From NCBI GenBank assembly GCA_039630055.1, contig JBCNVN010000001.1:64001-128000 (forward strand): 64,000 bases of DNA. The letters are read 5' to 3'. The translations under genes were made by a program, and so were the position numbers. The notes under the pieces were generated by a model. The model searched no databases. It saw only the letters and a program-made list of their open reading frames with translations, and had not been told where the DNA came from. Positions 30,912-39,389 of this stretch are shown one piece after another (the first letter of the stretch is position 1; each line of letters starts with the position of its first letter). This DNA is from Candidatus Caldarchaeales archaeon (GTDB lineage Archaea; Thermoproteota; Nitrososphaeria_A; Caldarchaeales; Wolframiiraptoraceae).

Positions 30912-31391
30912 ATGCCTCAGAAGACTGTTAGATTCATAGTTCAAGGAGGTGAAGCAACAGCAGGCCCACCGATCGGGCCTTCACTCGGTCCACTAGGTGT
31001 AAATGTTCTCCAGATCGTTGAAGAAATAAACCGGGTTACTTCAGAGTTTAAAGGGATGAGGGTTCCAGTAGAGGTAACAGTGGATACAGGTACAAAAGAT
31101 TTCAAAGTTACTGTGGGTATACCTACAACTACAGCCTTGATAGTGAAAGATGCAAAGATAGAGAAAGGTGCTAAGATGCCTGGAAGAGAGACTGTAGGTC
31201 AAGTCAGTCTCGAGCAGGTTATAAAAATAGCTAGGATGAAGATGGATGATATGCGTGCTAAGAGCTTGAAGACTGCTGTAAAGCAAGTTCTAGGAACATG
31301 TTTAAGTATGGGGATATTGGTAGATGGTAAAAGTCCGAAAGAAGTCTTGAGAGAGATCGACTCCGGTCTTCACGATGAAAGATTGAAGTAG
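30912..31391 (+). CDS. rpl11: 50S ribosomal protein uL11
   Basis: GGEATAGPPIGPSLGPLG, GTCLSMG. Confidence 0.96.
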   Translation: MPQKTVRFIVQGGEATAGPPIGPSLGPLGVNVLQIVEEINRVTSEFKGMRVPVEVTVDTGTKDFKVTVGIPTTTALIVKDAKIEKGAKMPGRETVGQVSLEQVIKIARMKMDDMRAKSLKTAVKQVLGTCLSMGILVDGKSPKEVLREIDSGLHDERLK

Positions 31392-31493
31392 CTTATGCGA
31401 AATTGAACCATGAGGGATAGATCCGGAATATAGGTTGGAATACTTCAAGGTATGTTTAAATTAATCCTCTAGCCCTCAACCTTTAGAGAGGTT

Positions 31494-32150
31494 ATGCTTA
31501 AGAGTTTAGAAGCAGACTTGGCAACAGCTATCGAAGAAGCTAAGAAGAATGGAAAGCCTAGAAAATTTGAGCAGAGTATAGAGTTGATTATAAATATAAA
31601 AGGGTTAGATTTGAAGAAGGCTGAGAATAGGTTCGTGGAAGATATAGAGCTTCCGAACAGTCCAATAGGTGGAAGAAAGATCTGTGTAATAGCTGGAGGT
31701 GCGCTAGCCTCTGAATCTAGGAAGATAGGAGAGGTTAGTAGAGTTATAGAGAGAGATGAGCTGGAATCGCTTATCGGTAACAAGAGGATAGCGAAGAAGG
31801 TCGCCTCACAGTATGATTACTTTCTAGTTGATCCACCTCTGATGGGTTTAACGGCTAAGGCTCTTGGAGCTGCTCTAGGAGGAAGAGGTAAGAAGCCTGT
31901 CCCTATACCTCCAGGATCAAGTATAAGCGAACTCGTTAAGAAGTATAGTCGGATGGTTACGGTAAGTGTTAGGAAGAATCCTCAAGCTATGTGCGCGATA
32001 GGTACTGAAAGTATGGAGACTAGAGCCCTCGTAGAAAATGCTCTAGCGGTAATCTCTAAAGTCTCAGATAGATTAGAGAAGCATTTCAAGAATATAAAAT
32101 CAATATATGTTAAGAAGAGTATGGGTAAGCCTATCAAGATAACACTTTAA
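31494..32150 (+). CDS. rpl1: 50S ribosomal protein uL1
   Basis: RKFEQSIELIINIKGLDL, LGGRGKKP, IGTE, IYVKKSMG. Confidence 0.94.
   Translation: MLKSLEADLATAIEEAKKNGKPRKFEQSIELIINIKGLDLKKAENRFVEDIELPNSPIGGRKICVIAGGALASESRKIGEVSRVIERDELESLIGNKRIAKKVASQYDYFLVDPPLMGLTAKALGAALGGRGKKPVPIPPGSSISELVKKYSRMVTVSVRKNPQAMCAIGTESMETRALVENALAVISKVSDRLEKHFKNIKSIYVKKSMGKPIKITL
32141..32150 (+). repeat. Left copy of direct repeat AACACTTTAA (3' end of rpl1, including its stop codon)
   Basis: Identical 10-mer at 35161-35170; both copies are preceded by CCTATC (32130-32135 and 35151-35156). Confidence 0.75.
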
Positions 32151-32190
32151 AGATAAAAATCATCTCTCAGAGTATAGTTAGAGAAAGTTT

Positions 32191-32208
32191 ATCAACTTAC
32201 ATGTTGAT
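32191..32208. promoter_or_regulatory. Inverted repeat ATCAAC-N6-GTTGAT overlapping the putative promoter of the HTH_10 regulator
   Basis: Perfect 6-bp arms next to GAAAGTTTATC (BRE/TATA-like), ending 13 bp before the TTG start; function inferred. Confidence 0.4.
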
Positions 32209-32221
32209 GTAGATCTAGAAC

Positions 32222-32839
32222 TTGAAGCAGAAGTTGGGATTAAAGATCTCAAAGATCTTGATACGTAATAGTGATTGTAGAGTTGTAAGGTGGTTGGAGA
32301 GTAAAGGGGTTGAAGCAGAATTTAAGATTGTTAAGATAAGTGAGAATACTTCTACACATCTATTAAGATTTCCCAAACCGATAGAGTTTGACAAACAGAT
32401 GGATATCCATGGTTCATACATGGTCTTGCCAGGCAACTATCTCTGGATAAATACAGAAAGCTGTACAGCATGTAGAACCTTCTCAAAACTACCTGTAATA
32501 ATGAGATCTATATCATATGCTAAATCCTCAGGCATTATCGTAAGATTAATAGTTCCAGGGAGATTATTTCATAGACAGCTTATAGAGTGCTTAGAGAATT
32601 CTGGTCTAGAAGTAGAATCAATCTCGATCAGAGAATATGAAGATTATGAGTTGACTGAAAGACAGATGGAGGTTCTCATAACGGCCTTAAAGTTAGGATA
32701 TCTAGGAAGTAGGAGAAGCGCAAAGCTGAAAGACATAGCATCCTTTATAGGCTCAGATCCCTCTACAGTCTCACGGATTATTAGAGACGGCATCAAAAAG
32801 ATAATAAAAAGAACTTTAGATGAAGAACATATTTATTAG
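32222..32839 (+). CDS. Bacterio-opsin-activator-type HTH_10 transcriptional regulator with Cys-containing sensor region (NarO/DmsR-like)
   Basis: C-terminal LTERQMEVLITALKLGYL...AKLKDIASFIGSDPSTVSRIIR; N-terminal SDCRV, ESCTACRT and IECLE cysteines. Confidence 0.85.
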   Translation: MKQKLGLKISKILIRNSDCRVVRWLESKGVEAEFKIVKISENTSTHLLRFPKPIEFDKQMDIHGSYMVLPGNYLWINTESCTACRTFSKLPVIMRSISYAKSSGIIVRLIVPGRLFHRQLIECLENSGLEVESISIREYEDYELTERQMEVLITALKLGYLGSRRSAKLKDIASFIGSDPSTVSRIIRDGIKKIIKRTLDEEHIY

Positions 32840-32843
32840 TATA

Positions 32844-32863
32844 TCATACAACATTTTGTATGA
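32844..32863. promoter_or_regulatory. Operator-like perfect inverted repeat TCATACAA-CATT-TTGTATGA
   Basis: 8-bp perfect arms with a 4-bp spacer, just upstream of an AT-rich BRE/TATA-like stretch and about 33 bp before the subunit II start. Confidence 0.7.
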
Positions 32864-32895
32864 AAATATTATCTTTAATCATGAATAAACATTAA

Positions 32896-33474
32896 TTGAT
32901 GGCACCCCAGATAATTATAGAAGTAGTCTATCTTGTAATAATATCGATAGTCATAGGGTTCATTATAGTCTTCTACATATTGACTCAGAGAGGTAAGAGT
33001 AGAGGTCAGAATTCAAGTGGTGAAGAGCATGGGATAAAGAAGGGTATGGAGAAAGGAGAGAAACGATGGCTGGTCTTCTTATTCATAATAGCTTTGATCG
33101 GAAATATGGTGATGCTGTCTCCACTTCTCCCATCTACGAGATACACTTTATGGTTAGAAGAAAAACCAAAATTAACGATAAAAATAGAAGTGATAAACTA
33201 TGAATTTATACTTCCTGAAAAGCCTATAACTATCCCAGCAGGTACTCCAGTAGAGTTTATAGTAGTATCTCAAGACCTAGTATATGGTTTCGGGGTATTC
33301 AGAAAGGATGGGCTCATGGTATTCCAGATGCAGGTGGTTCCTAAACCATATGAAAATCGAATAGTATGGGTATTCGATGAGCCTGGGTACTATGATATAA
33401 GGTCTACAGAATATAGTGGTCCTAAGCATCCCTACATGTATGTTCCCGATGCAATAAAAGTAGTGGGAGGATGA
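32896..33474 (+). CDS. Heme-copper oxidoreductase subunit II (cupredoxin fold) lacking the CuA site
   Basis: Two TM helices plus a cupredoxin domain; DLVYGF (Tyr at the CuA His position) and RSTEYSGPKHPYM (both CuA Cys replaced by Ser). Confidence 0.9.
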   Translation: MMAPQIIIEVVYLVIISIVIGFIIVFYILTQRGKSRGQNSSGEEHGIKKGMEKGEKRWLVFLFIIALIGNMVMLSPLLPSTRYTLWLEEKPKLTIKIEVINYEFILPEKPITIPAGTPVEFIVVSQDLVYGFGVFRKDGLMVFQMQVVPKPYENRIVWVFDEPGYYDIRSTEYSGPKHPYMYVPDAIKVVGG

Positions 33475-33480
33475 GAATGT

Positions 33481-35049
33481 ATGAATGAAGAAGAGAGGAA
33501 GGTTCTCTCGATAAGGTTTGTAGTGATCTCATTGATCTTCTTAGCATTAGCTGGGATTGAAGGAATACTGATGAGGTTTAGAATAGTAAATACTCTTGTA
33601 GAACTCTTTGATGAAAAGCATTTCTACTCTATGATGACAGCCCACCCATTTATCGGAGTATATGGATGGGCTTATATGGCTGTTATGGGTGCATTCTACT
33701 TTCTCGTACCCTATATTCTCAAGAAAGATATCTACAGTAAGAAGGCTGCATACTTGAGTTTCTGGCTGATGATTATAGGTTTGGCAACTGTCTGGACAAC
33801 TACATTTTTAACTCATTATGCACCCCTCTACACTCTCTACTGGCCTATACCGGTGGCATACGATATAATTGGATGGAACATATACTCTATACTCTCTTTT
33901 GGTTTAGGTGTCGCATTGATCTTAGGAGGTGTACTCACATTCTTTGGGAACATGTTTGCTACAATATTCCTATCTCAGCGGCAGACAGATGGAGGATCTG
34001 CCAGCCCATGGTACATAATCAAAGAACTAATTATAACAGCATTCAATCTAGATAAGGTTAGGGCAAATATACTAAGACTACCGCAATATACTTCGAAGGC
34101 CTTCAGTTATCCAGTCTTTGTTGTAGCCGTTTTTAGAGGATGTGTAGATACGACATTAAACGCGTTTGTTATAGGAGGTGTAGGAGTACTCTTGATAGTG
34201 TTTGCTATAGGAAACGTGATCCCGAATCTTTCTATATCCCATACTATACTAGATCCATTAATATACAAGAATATCTTCTGGTGGGGGCTAGACCTTATAG
34301 CTGATGGGAACGTCCTCATCTTCACCGCTGGAACATGGTATCTTCTCGTACCACTACTACTCAATAGGACTTTATACGGAGAGAGTGTTGTGAGAACTGT
34401 TATCCTTGCAGACCTTGTAATCTCTCTCTTCGTCTGGAATCACCATATGCTGGCAGATACTCCTCAGCCCTTAGCTCTACAGATACAAGGTCAGATATTC
34501 ACTTGGGGAGAGCTGCTGACGATGGGGTTGACAATGTTCGCTGTTCTAGCAACGATATGGTATGCGAGACCTGTAAAATATTCTATGCCCTTGAAGTTTA
34601 TTCTCGTATCTATTGTAGGATATGCTGTAGGTGGTTTAGCTGGAATAATACAAGCGAACTATGCATCAAACAGATTCTTCCATAATACTCAGTGGGTTAT
34701 AGGGATCCATGGACATATACAACTGCTTGTAGGGTTATCTTCAACTCTGTTTGCAGCGGTTTATGCTCTCTTCCCATTACTTACAGGTAAGTCGCTTAGT
34801 GAAAGATTGGGAAATGTTCATTTGATACTCTGGACTGTTGGTGGACTGGTGATGGGATTAAGCATGGGGTTGGCTGGAACACAGGGGATGTTGAGGAGAA
34901 CTCTCTACCCGATGGGATTAGGACCTTTCGAACCATATATGAACATAGCGATCATAGGAGCTTTGATGATGGCAACGGCCTTCATAATCTTCCTTGTAAA
35001 TATCATTAGAACGGTAAAGCTTGGCAACCTACTAAAGATACTCTTTTAA
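33481..35049 (+). CDS. Heme-copper oxidoreductase subunit I, B-family derived, gNOR-type (putative nitric oxide reductase)
   Basis: Heme ligands H55 and H410/H412 (HNTQWVIGIHGH), H321/H322 (WNHH), E344, MLRR. Helix VI reads FWWGLDLIAD where ba3-type oxidases read FWWxGHPxVY. HCO membership is clear; the NOR activity is inferred. Confidence 0.85.
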   Translation: MNEEERKVLSIRFVVISLIFLALAGIEGILMRFRIVNTLVELFDEKHFYSMMTAHPFIGVYGWAYMAVMGAFYFLVPYILKKDIYSKKAAYLSFWLMIIGLATVWTTTFLTHYAPLYTLYWPIPVAYDIIGWNIYSILSFGLGVALILGGVLTFFGNMFATIFLSQRQTDGGSASPWYIIKELIITAFNLDKVRANILRLPQYTSKAFSYPVFVVAVFRGCVDTTLNAFVIGGVGVLLIVFAIGNVIPNLSISHTILDPLIYKNIFWWGLDLIADGNVLIFTAGTWYLLVPLLLNRTLYGESVVRTVILADLVISLFVWNHHMLADTPQPLALQIQGQIFTWGELLTMGLTMFAVLATIWYARPVKYSMPLKFILVSIVGYAVGGLAGIIQANYASNRFFHNTQWVIGIHGHIQLLVGLSSTLFAAVYALFPLLTGKSLSERLGNVHLILWTVGGLVMGLSMGLAGTQGMLRRTLYPMGLGPFEPYMNIAIIGALMMATAFIIFLVNIIRTVKLGNLLKILF

Positions 35050-35160
35050 GATATCTAACCCTCAAACTTCATATTTTTCAGTTATATTTAGACTAGTTAC
35101 TATAAAGTAACTCTGAAAGTTAAGAGATGAATATTTAAGATCTTTAGAGTCCTATCCTAC

Positions 35161-35170
35161 AACACTTTAA
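35161..35170 (+). repeat. Right copy of direct repeat AACACTTTAA
   Basis: Matches 32141-32150; lies in the 188-bp gap before rpl10. Confidence 0.75.
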
Positions 35171-35237
35171 GTTTTTTAACTAGGTGAAAGTATAGACAGA
35201 CTGAGTTAGTAGAGTTTAAAGGAGTGTTGGTTTAGAC

Positions 35238-36107
35238 TTGAATGGACAGACCGTGATCTCGAGGGTGCAGAGATGGAAGATTGAAGAAGTCGAGGAATTG
35301 GCAAGTTTAATCGGAAAGCATCGAGTAATCGCTGTCTTTAGTTTATCCGGCTTGAGAACAAACCTAATACATGAGATTCGGAAGAAGCTTAGAGGCTTCT
35401 GCACTATAAGAGTTGCAAAAAAGACCCTCTTTATCAAGGCCGTAGAGCGGGCGGGTAGAAAAGATCTGGCTAAGCTTGTAGAAGATATTAAAGAAAGCGT
35501 TGGGTTCATATTCTCAGATCTTAACATATTCAAGCTTAAAATGCTGCTGGATAAGAATAAGGTACTCATGCATGCTAAAGCAGGAGAGAGATCAGATATA
35601 GATGTAATAGTGCCTGAGATGAATACTGGACTTCCTCCGGGACCTATCTTGAGCGATTTCGGAAAGTTAAAGATACCTACGAGGATCGAGGGAGGTCAGA
35701 TATGGATCGCTAAAGATACTCTAGTAGCTAAGAAAGGTGATGAAATATCAGCTCCTCTGGCCTCACTTCTATCAAGGCTTGATATAAAAGCGGTGATGAA
35801 AGGGATAACGATCGATAAAGGCTATGAAGATGGAGTGATATTATCTGGAAAAGACCTTGAATTAGATCTAGAGATGTTCAAGAATAACATTATAGAGGCC
35901 AGTAGCACAGCCATGAAGTTAGCGTTAGAGATAGGATATGTAACAAGAGAGACTATACAGCCTCTAATAATCAAAGCATATAGAGAGGCTAGGTCTCTCG
36001 CAATTGAATCAGGGTTCCCAGATAAAGAAGTGATAGGAGAGATGATTATCAAGGCTGAAGTAATAGCTAGAAGGCTGGAAGAGTTGATAGAGGCTAAGAG
36101 GACCTAA
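35238..36107 (+). CDS. rpl10: 50S ribosomal protein uL10 (P0)
   Basis: WKIEEVEEL, VAKKTLF, AKAGE...NTGLPPGPILSDF, IPTRIEGG. Confidence 0.95.
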   Translation: MNGQTVISRVQRWKIEEVEELASLIGKHRVIAVFSLSGLRTNLIHEIRKKLRGFCTIRVAKKTLFIKAVERAGRKDLAKLVEDIKESVGFIFSDLNIFKLKMLLDKNKVLMHAKAGERSDIDVIVPEMNTGLPPGPILSDFGKLKIPTRIEGGQIWIAKDTLVAKKGDEISAPLASLLSRLDIKAVMKGITIDKGYEDGVILSGKDLELDLEMFKNNIIEASSTAMKLALEIGYVTRETIQPLIIKAYREARSLAIESGFPDKEVIGEMIIKAEVIARRLEELIEAKRT

Positions 36108-36118
36108 CCCTCTATTGA

Positions 36119-38884
36119 TCACTTGGCCAATATCTGGATGATTAGATCGTTGACAGTTTTTCTTAAATCTTCTTCATCGACATCTCTTCCCAAGTTTCCC
36201 TGACCAAGCCTAGATTGTCCACCACCCTTTCCACCAAGCTTTGATGATATCGCATCGGCTAGTCGTCCAGCATGAATTCCTAGATCCTGAGCCTCTTCAC
36301 TAGATACTATAAGCAATTTTGGTTTCCCCACATCGAATGCTATCACGACGCATTTCGGACCCTTTTTCTCCATCAATATATCCGAGATCATGAATGCATA
36401 ATCCCTATCACCCTCTACTTCCCTGGCTACAAATACTTCGATCCCCCCGATTATAGACCGTCTATCGAATAATTCTTGAGCTCTATATTTTGCAACCATT
36501 CTTTCAAGCGAGTTGATCTTCCTCCTCAGTTCTTTAACCTGATCCAATTCTTCCTTTAACTTCTCTAAGATATCTACTGGAGATGATTTAAGAAGTATAG
36601 ATGCCTCATTTATTATTCTATCGTTTTCTTGGAGGTATGGTAAAGCTGATGGACCTGCAGCGAAGATGAGTCTTTCCACACCATCTTGTATTCTCTCCGT
36701 CTTCAATATCTTTATCAATCCTACGTCTTCAGTGTTTTCACAGTGCATTCCACCACATGCTTCTACATCCCAACCTAATATCCCTACAACTCTAATCGTA
36801 GCAGAGGGTACCTCGCCTCCTTGATATAGGGTGAATCCATAAATCCTCTCCGCCTCATTTCTATCCATCCACTTGATGACGACCGGTATCCTACTCATAA
36901 CGATCCTATTCGCTTCCCTCTCTATCTTCTCAATATCTTCTCTGGTCAACCTCTTATGATGGTATATGTCTAATCTAGCTTTATCTGGTTCCTTCTCTGC
37001 ACCGGCTTGCCAAGCATGCTTACCTAAGACCCTTCTCGCAGATCCCAGAATTATATGTGTGGCAGTATGGTGTCTCATCAATGTAAGCCTCCTCTCTCTG
37101 TCTAACTCTGCATCTACTATGGTTCCTACCTCTGGTGTAGGACCCTCGATCTTATGGAGAATTACACCACCACTCAATAGACTGGTCTCGACAACTCTTG
37201 CTTGATTATTTTGACCCCATCTTATGAAACCTATATCGGTGGCTTGACCTCCTCCAGTAGGATAAAACAATGTCTGATCGAGAATTACATAATTATCTAG
37301 AACGCCTATGACCTTTGCCCTGAACTTGAACTCAAAAGGTTGCTCATAGTACAGCTTCCTCGTTGGAGGATAGTTTTTCACTCTTTCCTCTAGAATTTTG
37401 AGCTCATCATGGATTGGAGGTTCAATGGATCTGAGATGTCGTGATGCTACAAGCTCATAGAAGTTCTCGGGGACCGATATTTTTACATCTTCTCTTTCAG
37501 CGATCTGTCTTACAAAATCGGGGGTGAGCCCTCTCTCATCATACATTCTAACCAAGAAATCTACTGGAACCTCTCCATGACTATCCTTCAACCGCTTGAT
37601 CTCTCTCTCAACATAAGTAGCTCCACGGAAGATTGTCTCTTTAAACTTCTTTATCTCAGACTCTATTATCTCGAGAGCTTCATCCCTCATCTCTATGAGA
37701 TGTGGAAAATCCTTTCCCCAGAAGTTTAGCTGTAGATCTACCAGCTCGAGCAGTTTATCAGATGAAGATATGGAGTCTATCAGTCTGTATGCCTTCCTAA
37801 TCAGTAACCTTGCTAGATAGCCTACCTTTACATTTGATGGTACAACCCCCTCACTTATTATAAATGCTATAGACTTTGTGTAATCAAGTAGTGCATAGAC
37901 TTTCTCCAGTGCTGCTATCTCCTCCTCTATAAACCTGAGGGGGATCTCAGATTTTTCTGATATTAGTCTCCTCACTTCAGAGATCGTTTGTCCAGACTTT
38001 GGGATGACGAGAGCCGTATATGGTGAGTATCTCTCGAGAAGCTTTCTATCAGGCTTAGGGAATGGTAGGATCTTCTCAATCCTCGGATAGAGCTCACCAT
38101 ATACTGCATCGAAGCAGCTGGGTGTTCCTTGGCTGAACCATGCAAACCTCTCGATGCCATAACCTGTATCTACAGTTCTTATCGGTAGCTCTATCAACTC
38201 GCTATCAAGTGTCTTATACTGCATAAAGACGAGTGTTGCTAACTCTAGTCCATAAGAGATGGTTTCAAAGCATGGTCCAGCATTTCCGCCACCACTCCAA
38301 ACAGACTCTTTGTAGACTATCTGATCTTCAGGTATGCCGAATTCCTCCATAACATATTCATGATAATATCTTACTGTATCCTCTTTCCAGTAGATCTCCT
38401 TGTCTGGATAGTTGAATGCATGGGCTCCACCCATCTCGAATATCGTTAGATGTCTTCCGAAAGTTAATCCAACCTTGTCTATGTCTACCAGTCTTATACA
38501 TGGCTGACTAATTACTAGGGGGTTGGCTGGGGGTGGGGCTATTCCAGAAGTCACGAAGGGTTGGAAGTCTACGATGCTAGCATCGGTTAAGAACATGTCG
38601 GTCCTCCATCTAGCAACGACTGGATATGGCTTTATCACTGTATGACCTCTCTTCTCGAAGAATCTGAGAAAGGTCTCTCTAGAACCTTTAACGTCAACCT
38701 TCTTCTTTGCTAGACTTCTACCGATAAATTTGTATTCTTCACAAGGTGACTCTCCACAGACTTCTCTATCTAGATCGACTGTCCAAAAATATTCTCCACA
38801 ATACTTACATCTTCTTCTGACGTAACCTCTCTCTTTAAAGAATTCTAGACTATAAACTTCTTCGCTGAACCTCATACCATCCAT
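36119..38884 (-). CDS. alaS: Alanine--tRNA ligase (archaeal type)
   Basis: N-terminal CKYC, YPVVARWR, SQPCIR, FEMGGAHAF, DTGYGIER, editing HHTATH and ACGGMH, GGKGGG. Confidence 0.97.
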   Translation of the reverse strand: MDGMRFSEEVYSLEFFKERGYVRRRCKYCGEYFWTVDLDREVCGESPCEEYKFIGRSLAKKKVDVKGSRETFLRFFEKRGHTVIKPYPVVARWRTDMFLTDASIVDFQPFVTSGIAPPPANPLVISQPCIRLVDIDKVGLTFGRHLTIFEMGGAHAFNYPDKEIYWKEDTVRYYHEYVMEEFGIPEDQIVYKESVWSGGGNAGPCFETISYGLELATLVFMQYKTLDSELIELPIRTVDTGYGIERFAWFSQGTPSCFDAVYGELYPRIEKILPFPKPDRKLLERYSPYTALVIPKSGQTISEVRRLISEKSEIPLRFIEEEIAALEKVYALLDYTKSIAFIISEGVVPSNVKVGYLARLLIRKAYRLIDSISSSDKLLELVDLQLNFWGKDFPHLIEMRDEALEIIESEIKKFKETIFRGATYVEREIKRLKDSHGEVPVDFLVRMYDERGLTPDFVRQIAEREDVKISVPENFYELVASRHLRSIEPPIHDELKILEERVKNYPPTRKLYYEQPFEFKFRAKVIGVLDNYVILDQTLFYPTGGGQATDIGFIRWGQNNQARVVETSLLSGGVILHKIEGPTPEVGTIVDAELDRERRLTLMRHHTATHIILGSARRVLGKHAWQAGAEKEPDKARLDIYHHKRLTREDIEKIEREANRIVMSRIPVVIKWMDRNEAERIYGFTLYQGGEVPSATIRVVGILGWDVEACGGMHCENTEDVGLIKILKTERIQDGVERLIFAAGPSALPYLQENDRIINEASILLKSSPVDILEKLKEELDQVKELRRKINSLERMVAKYRAQELFDRRSIIGGIEVFVAREVEGDRDYAFMISDILMEKKGPKCVVIAFDVGKPKLLIVSSEEAQDLGIHAGRLADAISSKLGGKGGGQSRLGQGNLGRDVDEEDLRKTVNDLIIQILAK

Positions 38885-38918
38885 CTAGTGACAACTACTT
38901 ATAGATAAAAATAATCCT

Positions 38919-39233
38919 CTAACCAAAGAGAGCGCTTAATCCTGCTAAAGCCTCTTCTTCTCTCTCTTCTTTCTTCTCTTCTTTCTTTTCAGCTGGTTTT
39001 ACTTCTGGAGCAGGAGCCTGGGCCGCAGAGCTCGGACCTGCCGATATTATAGGAGTAGCTGAAGCCGACTTCAAGACTTCTTCAATATTGATCTCTGAAA
39101 CTGCTGCTACTAGAGATTTAATCCTAACTTCATCTGGAGTGATCCCGGCGGCTGATAGGACCCTCTTCACATTCTCTTCATTAATCGGCTTACCAGCCTT
39201 GTGGAGAAGTAAGACTGTATATATGTACTCCAT
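38919..39233 (-). CDS. rpl12: 50S ribosomal stalk protein P1/L12
   Basis: [20 protein letters not shown]...Ala/Pro hinge, acidic tail, LAGLSALFG; start placed at ATG 39233. Confidence 0.95.
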   Translation of the reverse strand: MEYIYTVLLLHKAGKPINEENVKRVLSAAGITPDEVRIKSLVAAVSEINIEEVLKSASATPIISAGPSSAAQAPAPEVKPAEKKEEKKEEREEEALAGLSALFG

Positions 39234-39389
39234 CTCTAGTCTAACATAGTCTAGGTTAGCCTGCATTTAAAGATTATCCAGACCACCATTTTATACATCT
39301 CTATTTAATCGAGAATAGTTAGCCCTCAAATTTTTGTGAATATTGAATAGTAATATCGTATATAAACTGGACCTAGTCTATAGATTGGC

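Noticed and set aside
32896-35049. Annotation as ba3-type cytochrome c oxidase (coxB/coxA), implying aerobic respiration
   Set aside because: The CuA ligands, the helix VI CuB His and the cross-linked Tyr are all missing.
32896-35049. Pseudogenised oxidase
   Set aside because: Both ORFs are uninterrupted, heme ligands are retained, and the substitutions are specific and chemically coherent (His/Tyr to Asp, Cys to Ser).
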